Virus record (IMG/VR): IMGVR_UViG_3300044991_001407
Span: 1 to 64,000 of that record
Strand: one strand, 5' to 3'
Source: a virus
Length of the DNA: 64,000 nucleotides
A program made the translations under genes and the position numbers. The notes beneath the pieces are model-generated. The model ran no database searches. It was given only the letters and a program-made list of their open reading frames with translations, and had not been told where the DNA came from. This document shows, piece by piece, positions 57,581-64,000 of the stretch. How positions within the stretch are numbered: the stretch's first letter is position 1; each line of letters starts with the position of its first letter.

Positions 57581-59509
57581 TCAGCGTATTGGGCATGCAC
57601 CTGTTGCGCAATCATCCATGTCAATCATTAGATCACTAGAGTTTTGCTGAAGTGGGATTGAAAAGTCTAATTTTGCAACAGACTTGTTGTACTCTTCCTC
57701 GGTGATTTCTTCATACGGAGGAAGGGGAAAGTTATGATCAACATGAAGTAGGAAAGAAACGCTCTTCACTGATGAGTCGTAGTTGGAGGCAAGCCACTCT
57801 TTAATTGATGACAACTCCTCTTTGCGATAATACACCGTTACAGAAACAGCATTATCAGCCCATTCAGTTTGCATCTTCTTTACCCACTCAAGCTGATCTA
57901 TTGCAGTCATGTTTGCGGCTAACACAGCACCCTCTGGTGATTTGCATGGGAACTCAACAACATAGCGAGTATGATCTTCACGACCATCTAGCCCAATATC
58001 CCAAACAACCTTGTACCCACGCTTACGACAGGCATCAACTAGTGGATCAACGGAGCTAAACCGAACTCTTCTTGTATAGAAATTAGCAAATGCTGGGTGG
58101 ATACCTGGTGTCACACCTGGTAGCAACGAAAGAGTTCCAGATGGCTGAACAGTAGTGAGTCTCACCGAAGGGTTCCAGCCATGATCTTCACTATAAGACT
58201 TATCAAAACTCTTAAGATATGCATAGGTCTCATCAAGCCATGCAACTTGTTTCTCCGTTGCCTGAAGAATACCCGTCACAGACTGACCAAGGCGACCATT
58301 TTTATGAACAATAGTGTTCGTCTTTTCATATGGATACGAAAGCCTTGTAATCTGTTTCTGAACCATGTACAGAAGTCTTGATACCTCAAGCATTTGAGCC
58401 AATGACTCAATGTTTGGCAAAAAGATTGTAGATAGGTTACAAGATTCACCATCTGATAGTGCAATTTCTGCACATGGATTAAATCCCTCTACTGTTGGGT
58501 CTGGTGACTTCTCACCAAGTCTGCCATATGTTCTTGCCATTCTTCTGTTTAATAAACCGTATGGCTCACCAGTTCCGTCATACCCCTTCCAGAATTCTGG
58601 AACAATCTCATCATAGGAGTCTGCATAAATACTATTATTGCTGTTTGATCTCCAGGCTGGTACATTACCGCTTCCCCAGTTTTTTGCACGAAGGAATAAC
58701 ATATCGTCAGGATCGCCAATAGCAATCTGTGCTGAACGGCGTGAAGAGCCAGAAATTACAATACGACCAATGATGTTGCAAATATCCAACACATCAACTG
58801 AGCGAAGTTTTTTCCCAACACGATTATCAAGAACTTTACCAATATCAACAAGACCTTCTACAAGAGCTCCTGGACCAGAAGCAATGCCACCAAATGTCTT
58901 TAGTGGTGCCCCATATTCACGAATGAGAATTGTTGAATATGTAAAGGATTTTCCAGTAATAAAATAAGATTCAAGAACCTTATGAAGAAGCTCTCTCCAA
59001 CCCTGTCTTGAGTCTGGAACAATGAAGTCAGCGTCTGCGGTTCTTTCTGCTGTGATGTAATTAACTTTTTTAATCTTTGGCAGGTCGTGAATCTTTGAAC
59101 GCTCAACAGAAAAGCCAACACCACCACCAAGCATCAAGTAATCAAACAAAAGCTCAAAGTCTTCAATCTTCTCAATATTTGTATAAAAACAATTATTAAG
59201 GGAAGTTCCAGAAAACTTACTTACAAGAGGTGTACCGAGCTGCCAGAGGGCTCTGCCAGAGACTGAGCACCTAAGGTTAAACATATGATCAAACAATTTC
59301 TCCGCTTCTTCCTGGGAAAAAGGAACTCCGATTTCAACAGCGCCATTAATAATTCTTTTTATGGTTTGAACCCAAGACTCTGTTGAGTCAGTTCCTTCAA
59401 TCTTGCGACTATATGTCCTAAGGAACACAACTTCTCCAAGCCCACCAAAACCCCAAGGCGGGGTCTTTGAACCATAACTAGCAATAAAATCATTTGACAA
59501 CAGTGACAT
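57581..59509 (-). CDS. nrdJ: class II (adenosylcobalamin-dependent) ribonucleotide reductase
   Basis: LNNC, GGGVGFS, RRSAQI, NPCAEI, ESCNL, TTVQPSGT, C-terminal CATGACPIR; no beta subunit nearby. Confidence 0.9.
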   Translation of the reverse strand: MSLLSNDFIASYGSKTPPWGFGGLGEVVFLRTYSRKIEGTDSTESWVQTIKRIINGAVEIGVPFSQEEAEKLFDHMFNLRCSVSGRALWQLGTPLVSKFSGTSLNNCFYTNIEKIEDFELLFDYLMLGGGVGFSVERSKIHDLPKIKKVNYITAERTADADFIVPDSRQGWRELLHKVLESYFITGKSFTYSTILIREYGAPLKTFGGIASGPGALVEGLVDIGKVLDNRVGKKLRSVDVLDICNIIGRIVISGSSRRSAQIAIGDPDDMLFLRAKNWGSGNVPAWRSNSNNSIYADSYDEIVPEFWKGYDGTGEPYGLLNRRMARTYGRLGEKSPDPTVEGFNPCAEIALSDGESCNLSTIFLPNIESLAQMLEVSRLLYMVQKQITRLSYPYEKTNTIVHKNGRLGQSVTGILQATEKQVAWLDETYAYLKSFDKSYSEDHGWNPSVRLTTVQPSGTLSLLPGVTPGIHPAFANFYTRRVRFSSVDPLVDACRKRGYKVVWDIGLDGREDHTRYVVEFPCKSPEGAVLAANMTAIDQLEWVKKMQTEWADNAVSVTVYYRKEELSSIKEWLASNYDSSVKSVSFLLHVDHNFPLPPYEEITEEEYNKSVAKLDFSIPLQQNSSDLMIDMDDCATGACPIR

Positions 59510-59537
59510 CTATATACCTCCAAAAGTAAGAACAACT

Positions 59538-59566
59538 AGTTTAGACGCTGAGCATAGCAGAGTCAA
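59538..59566 (-). promoter_or_regulatory. housekeeping sigma-type promoter for nrdJ
   Basis: TTGACT-17 nt-TAAACT, followed by a GGAGG SD. Confidence 0.65.
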
Positions 59567-59582
59567 AGATTAGTACTTAGGA

Positions 59583-60596
59583 CTACGACAAAGATTTTTG
59601 ATAAAAATCAAGACGGTTTAAAATTTTATCTGCGACAGATGACCAAGACCACTCGGAGTGAATAATCCTTGCTGATTTAAACGCATACTTTTTAAAATCA
59701 TCATACTCATTTACAACATTTTCCATTAAGTCAAGGAGTTGTTGAAAATTTGGACTTGCCCAATCCCCAGTATCACAATCGTAGAGATGATCTTGCCAAT
59801 CAGCTTTTACAAAACTAGCCTCAAGAGGAATGCCATATTTTGCAAAATCAGCACAACCAGTTAAGTTTGTGACAATTGTTGGTAGACCAGTTGCAATTGC
59901 CTCAAAAGGAATCATTCCAAAACCTTCACCCATTGTTGGATAAACCATACAATGGCATTTGTGATACAAAGATACTAAATCTTCTGTGCTAAAGTTATCT
60001 GGAATCCCAAGAATCTGAGGGTGATTATGAGCTGGCACAAGTTGATCATTAACATAACACTCTGCATAGCAGAACTTGTTATACTTTAAAACTAGTTGAA
60101 AATCTTCATTGCCATCGTATAACTCAAGAAAAGCGTCAACAACCATTTGTGCATTTTTTCTTTTTGAATCTCCGCCGACATGTAAGAAGTTAAACTTCCC
60201 AGTTAGTTCTCTTTCAAGTATAGAAAATTCTGGAGAGATACCGTGAGGGATGGTAAATACATTTGCATTCACATTGTGTTTAATATAAATATCTCTGATG
60301 AAATCAGATGTAGCCCAAACCTCATCACACTTACGCATGTTATCAATCCAGTGTGGAGGGATCTTGGTTGACTCCCAAGGAGTATAACCAATATTGTATT
60401 TTGACTTTAGCTGATAGTAAGTTGGGGGGCAGAAGTTGATGTGATACGGAATGTCTTCTCGTGTATAAAACACCGCACACTCTTTTTCCTGCAAGGCTCT
60501 GATTGTAGACAGGGCAGCATTATAGTAACCCTGGCTATACCAAGTGTCACCAGATGCATCTACATGATTTAGACTAAACCAGCTAATTTTTTTCAT
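59583..60596 (-). CDS. GT4/GT-B glycosyltransferase
   Basis: YTPWEST, FLHVGGDSKRKN, YPTMGEGFGMIPFEAIATGLP. Confidence 0.88.
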   Translation of the reverse strand: MKKISWFSLNHVDASGDTWYSQGYYNAALSTIRALQEKECAVFYTREDIPYHINFCPPTYYQLKSKYNIGYTPWESTKIPPHWIDNMRKCDEVWATSDFIRDIYIKHNVNANVFTIPHGISPEFSILERELTGKFNFLHVGGDSKRKNAQMVVDAFLELYDGNEDFQLVLKYNKFCYAECYVNDQLVPAHNHPQILGIPDNFSTEDLVSLYHKCHCMVYPTMGEGFGMIPFEAIATGLPTIVTNLTGCADFAKYGIPLEASFVKADWQDHLYDCDTGDWASPNFQQLLDLMENVVNEYDDFKKYAFKSARIIHSEWSWSSVADKILNRLDFYQKSLS

Positions 60597-60604
60597 TAAA
60601 GGTG

Positions 60605-60844
60605 TTACTCTTTTTCATTCTCCAGAACGATTTTGTCTGACGACATAGACAAACATTTTACACCTTTTTGCATCAGCTCGTTGGCTGTTTCTTCAGATAT
60701 TTCTACGCTGATTGGCATGTTGGTAAAAACACACCTTGTAGCCGCAAGATAAAAATCATCAAATTTGACAACACTGATTTGTTCGGGGTCAACAATTGCA
60801 GCAGGACCATAATCATCTGATTCTACAACAGCAATAATCTGCAT
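60605..60844 (-). CDS. hypothetical protein
   Basis: First gene of the leftward run; TGGTAAGGT 6 nt upstream. Confidence 0.6.
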   Translation of the reverse strand: MQIIAVVESDDYGPAAIVDPEQISVVKFDDFYLAATRCVFTNMPISVEISEETANELMQKGVKCLSMSSDKIVLENEKE

Positions 60845-60883
60845 GCTTCTACCTTACCATCTTTTCCGTTCGGAACATAGTGC

Positions 60884-60970
60884 TGGTATGCTTAGTATAC
60901 TAAGTATATAAGTATATATAGTTTATAAGTATGCTAGGTTTTCCCGCATGCCCGCATGCGAAGCATACCA
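60884..60970. repeat. inverted repeat enclosing a palindrome and AT-rich iterated motifs
   Basis: TGGTATGCTT/AAGCATACCA; CTTAGTATACTAAG palindrome; TAAGTAT repeats; CCCGCATG x2. Confidence 0.75.
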
Positions 60971-61032
60971 TGAAATCTGAAAAAATTCCTGAGTAAATGA
61001 TTTTTTTTTAATTTCTCTGATATCCTGTCTAC

Positions 61033-61269
61033 ATGTCAAATTTTTTCTTTTGGATAGTCTGGTTTACTGTATCTGCTTTTGGTCTGAAGTACTCTACAAA
61101 TCAATTACTGGATAAGGATCTTAGCATACAGGCAAGCTTTGTTATTATGTTTATTTATCAATGGATTAGATTTGTTAAACCAACAGATAAAGTTAATACT
61201 AATACAAATAAAACTTTACCTCCACCAAATACTAATACTAAAAATAAGCGTAAATATGAGAATAACTAG
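61033..61269 (+). CDS. small membrane protein
   Basis: Two hydrophobic segments; TGATATCCT 6 nt before the ATG. Confidence 0.55.
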   Translation: MSNFFFWIVWFTVSAFGLKYSTNQLLDKDLSIQASFVIMFIYQWIRFVKPTDKVNTNTNKTLPPPNTNTKNKRKYENN

Positions 61270-61534
61270 TTTTAACTCTGACATTAATCTAGAGGATATT
61301 GAGTCTCTCCAGATTATAATTAAGGCTGTGCCTTTTGAGGATAGTTATGTTCCAGCTTTTATTATTATGTCTCCAGAAGATAAGTATGAAATGACAATTG
61401 ACGAACTTAATTCTTTGATGGATGGAATAGAGATAGCAAGAAACAAAGTTGATGAAATCATTACATATATTTTAAGAAAAAAAATATTTAATGAAAACGG
61501 AGAAGATAGATATGATTTTGGGACAGGTAATTAA
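61256..61534 (+). CDS. hypothetical protein
   Basis: Likely start MRITSF at 61256. Confidence 0.55.
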   Translation: MRITSFNSDINLEDIESLQIIIKAVPFEDSYVPAFIIMSPEDKYEMTIDELNSLMDGIEIARNKVDEIITYILRKKIFNENGEDRYDFGTGN

Positions 61535-61799
61535 AGACTTTCCATATCCGACAAGAACATGTCCATATTGCAATAGAAATCTTGTTGTTGTTAATGCAGT
61601 TCACTGGCATGAGGACAGGTATCAATACAAAGCACTTTATTTCTGTTCATATGGGGAATGCCCTGTTTATGACGAAGGTGCTAAGAAAGCTTATGCAAGA
61701 ATCGTATACTCATCCGAAGACGCTGCCGCATATTTTTGGCGTGTACAAATCCCAGTTCAACGCTGGGAGCAGGCTGATGTTGTGAGTATTTATGAATAA
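61491..61799 (+). CDS. zinc-ribbon protein
   Basis: CPYC...CSYGECP. Confidence 0.55.
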   Translation: MKTEKIDMILGQVIKDFPYPTRTCPYCNRNLVVVNAVHWHEDRYQYKALYFCSYGECPVYDEGAKKAYARIVYSSEDAAAYFWRVQIPVQRWEQADVVSIYE

Positions 61800-61818
61800 T
61801 ATGATAAAATAATAGATT

Positions 61819-62796
61819 ATGCCAGTGAATAAATGTTCAGAAGATGGAAAACCAGGTTTTAAATGGGGAGACTCAGGTGCTTGTTATATCTACACCCCAG
61901 GCAATGAAGCATCAATAAAATCTGCAAGGAAAAAAGTTCTTGCTCAAGCCCTTGCTATTGGTGATATTGGTAAAGATGATGATCTTCTATCGGAAGAGAA
62001 TATTGAATATGCAATCAAGTCTTTGAAAGAATGGTTTAAAGAAAAATGGGTTGATATTTCAAGACCAAAGCCTGGTGGTGGATTTGAACCGTGTGGTCGT
62101 GCAGATGCAGATTCTGGTAAATATCCAAAATGCGTTCCTGCTTCAAGAGCAGCGAGAATGACACCAGAACAAATCGCCTCAGCCGTCAGAAGAAAAAGAA
62201 CTGCTGAATCTACTCAACAAAGAGAAGATAAAAAGCCAATAAATGTTTCAACAGAAAAAGCAGAAACAAAAAATGTTCCAACAAATCCAGCTTTATATGC
62301 TAGGGTTAAAGCAGAAGCTAAGGCTAAATTTGATGTTTATCCATCTGCATATGCAAATGCATGGCTTGTTCGTGAATATAAAAAAAGAGGTGGAGGTTAT
62401 AGAACAGTGAATAAAAGTTTTGATGTTTATAAAGTCGCAGAAGACTTAGCAGAGGAAGAGGCAGCTCTTGCCGATGCACTTGTAACAATTGCTCGGACTT
62501 ATGGAAAGTTCAATGAAGATGAAACTGGCATTTGGGCTGGTTACGAGAGCGCTGAAGAAAACGAAGTTAAGGATATCGGCGTTAAATGCTCTAATTGTGT
62601 TCTCTATGAAGGTAATGGTGTATGTATGGTTATTGCTCAAGAAGTTGAGGATGACGGAATGTGCAGATTTGCCATCATTCCAGATGGAGTCGTAACCCCA
62701 GAAGGGGATGACGATATGGAAGACGATATGGAAGAAGAAATGGATAAAAGTGTTGGAATCAGCATTGCTGATGAGGTTATAAAAAATTTACTATGA
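61819..62796 (+). CDS. multi-micro-domain protein (DUF5872-like YPSAYA module; HiPIP-like Cys module)
   Basis: LKEWFKEKWVDI, KYPKCVP, YPSAYANAWLVREYKKRGG, CSNCVLY...C...GMC. Confidence 0.65.
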   Translation: MPVNKCSEDGKPGFKWGDSGACYIYTPGNEASIKSARKKVLAQALAIGDIGKDDDLLSEENIEYAIKSLKEWFKEKWVDISRPKPGGGFEPCGRADADSGKYPKCVPASRAARMTPEQIASAVRRKRTAESTQQREDKKPINVSTEKAETKNVPTNPALYARVKAEAKAKFDVYPSAYANAWLVREYKKRGGGYRTVNKSFDVYKVAEDLAEEEAALADALVTIARTYGKFNEDETGIWAGYESAEENEVKDIGVKCSNCVLYEGNGVCMVIAQEVEDDGMCRFAIIPDGVVTPEGDDDMEDDMEEEMDKSVGISIADEVIKNLL

Positions 62797-62833
62797 TATG
62801 CTAGTAAGCATATCTTTAATACAAGGAGAATAT

Positions 62834-63214
62834 ATGAAAGACAATATGAAAAAAATGGTCTCTGACCACAACTCAATGAAGTCTTGGCACGAAACTGCTG
62901 CAAAAACTGCCGCAGAACAAATGCAAGATCACATTAAGGCTGCCGCATGGCATAGTTCGCAAGTTGATATTATCAAGGGAATGATTAATGAAGTTCCTCT
63001 TGATCCAGAAAAGAAGGTAAGTTCAGTCCCAACAGCTGGTTCTGCATCAACACCAACATCTGGTGCTGGAAAGACATCGGCTACAAACGAAGTCCCGCTT
63101 GACCCAAAAACAGTTAAGAAGAGCGATCTTGTTACGGCACTCTCTTCTTTTGAAGAAGAGTTCGGTAAGTTTGATATGTCAGTAGAGGATATTGCAAGCT
63201 TTCTGCTTGCATAA
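62834..63214 (+). CDS. hypothetical protein with duplicated NEVPLDP motif
   Basis: AAGGAG SD before ATG 62834. Confidence 0.6.
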   Translation: MKDNMKKMVSDHNSMKSWHETAAKTAAEQMQDHIKAAAWHSSQVDIIKGMINEVPLDPEKKVSSVPTAGSASTPTSGAGKTSATNEVPLDPKTVKKSDLVTALSSFEEEFGKFDMSVEDIASFLLA

Positions 63215-63226
63215 TAGTGAGGGCTG

Positions 63227-63469
63227 ATGGAAGCTGTAACTGTTGCTCTAATTGCTGCTGTCGGGGGAATCCTGGTAGCTTTGGTACAAAAGGGAAGAAT
63301 AGAAAACAAAAACGATCATGGCGTAGTCGCTTCTTTGCTAAGAGATCTTCATAGTGATGTTGAGGTTGTAGAAAGCAAACTTGACAAACACATTGAATCA
63401 CACAACCCAAAACAAGAAACAAAGCCAGTAACAACTAAAGTCGTTAAAAAAGTATCAACTAAAAAATAA
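63227..63469 (+). CDS. single-TM coiled-coil protein (actinophage membrane/holin-like)
   Basis: MEAVTVALIAAVGGILVALVQ...KLDKHIESH. Confidence 0.6.
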   Translation: MEAVTVALIAAVGGILVALVQKGRIENKNDHGVVASLLRDLHSDVEVVESKLDKHIESHNPKQETKPVTTKVVKKVSTKK

Positions 63470-63620
63470 ATTTAAACAGGCATCTTCAGGTTTGTAGTAT
63501 TCCGAAAGGTTATTATAAATGTGTGAGGATGCCTGTTTTTTATTTTTAAAATAATCACTTATCCCGTTGATTTCCTTTTCTAATAATGATACGCTCTTCT
63601 CACCTAGAGAAAGGCTATAT

Positions 63621-64000
63621 ATGTCAGAAGAAAACATCAACGAAGAAGATTCTGGATTTACTGCAACAAAAGAGTTCAGTATAATTTTTGACAAGCTTAT
63701 TGGCTTGATCCCAGTCTCAGACCACAGAGAAGCTGCTTCTGTTATTTACGGTCATTACAAAGGTTGGTCTCCATCAAAGACCATTAAATATTACAACATT
63801 GATGAAAAATCATATTCAAAATACGCTGAGCTTTTCAAGTTCAAAGAAAAGGTGGTAAATCAAATGAGTGGAAGAAAGTCAAAACAAGATAATATTGTTA
63901 GTTTCCTTAGTGGAAATGTTGGTAAGGTCATTACACCTGTGCAGCTTGCAACGGATGTAGAAATTTCACTACCAACTTTTTACAACTTCTATAATGCAAA
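63621..64000 (+). CDS. putative HTH DNA-binding protein (partial)
   Basis: Not in the track. GAAAGG SD, open to the window end: ...ITPVQLATDVEISLPTFYNFY. Confidence 0.55.
   Translation, partial: MSEENINEEDSGFTATKEFSIIFDKLIGLIPVSDHREAASVIYGHYKGWSPSKTIKYYNIDEKSYSKYAELFKFKEKVVNQMSGRKSKQDNIVSFLSGNVGKVITPVQLATDVEISLPTFYNFYNA

Noticed and set aside
60845-61032. tRNA or known ncRNA in the largest intergenic gap
   Set aside because: No cloverleaf or T-loop consensus recognisable
63455-63694. Minus-strand 79-aa ORF
   Set aside because: Overlaps the better-supported plus-strand gene starting at 63621 and its upstream signals
1-64000. Stop-codon reassignment or prophage boundary
   Set aside because: Genes are full length and tightly packed in the standard code using all three stops; no integrase or host housekeeping block

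Overview
The window is a 64-kb segment of a large tailed dsDNA phage of siphovirus type (long tape measure, no sheath gene seen). The host is probably an Actinobacterium, based on a WhiB-family gene, TANNNT promoters sitting directly on start codons and a VanY-type endolysin. Positions 1-60.8 kb are one minus-strand gene run. Read in transcription order it contains: a GT4 glycosyltransferase and class II ribonucleotide reductase; portal; prohead protease-scaffold; HK97-fold capsid; a ~12-kb block of about 20 fibre/adhesin genes built from repeated paralogous modules; a membrane-protein operon; a lysis cassette; neck and tail genes, including a -1 frameshifted tail chaperone and a 2706-aa tape measure; and a replication block (WhiB, DnaB, DnaG, SSB, DnaE, RecA) interleaved with glycosylation enzymes. 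Genes switch to the plus strand after a structured AT-rich intergenic region near 60.9 kb. The most unusual signals are four: (1) a stem/adaptor/Gly-rich-tip gene grammar suggesting a branched, modular virion appendage; (2) micro-domain polyproteins punctuated by [hydrophobic]-x-K|[S/A/D] motifs shared with the capsid N-terminus; (3) a metzincin protease cassette bracketed by duplicated motifs inside the tape measure protein; (4) a candidate glycosylation/sulfation toolkit. I saw no tRNA, CRISPR array, integrase or terminase. All family calls are from motif recognition by eye, not database searches.
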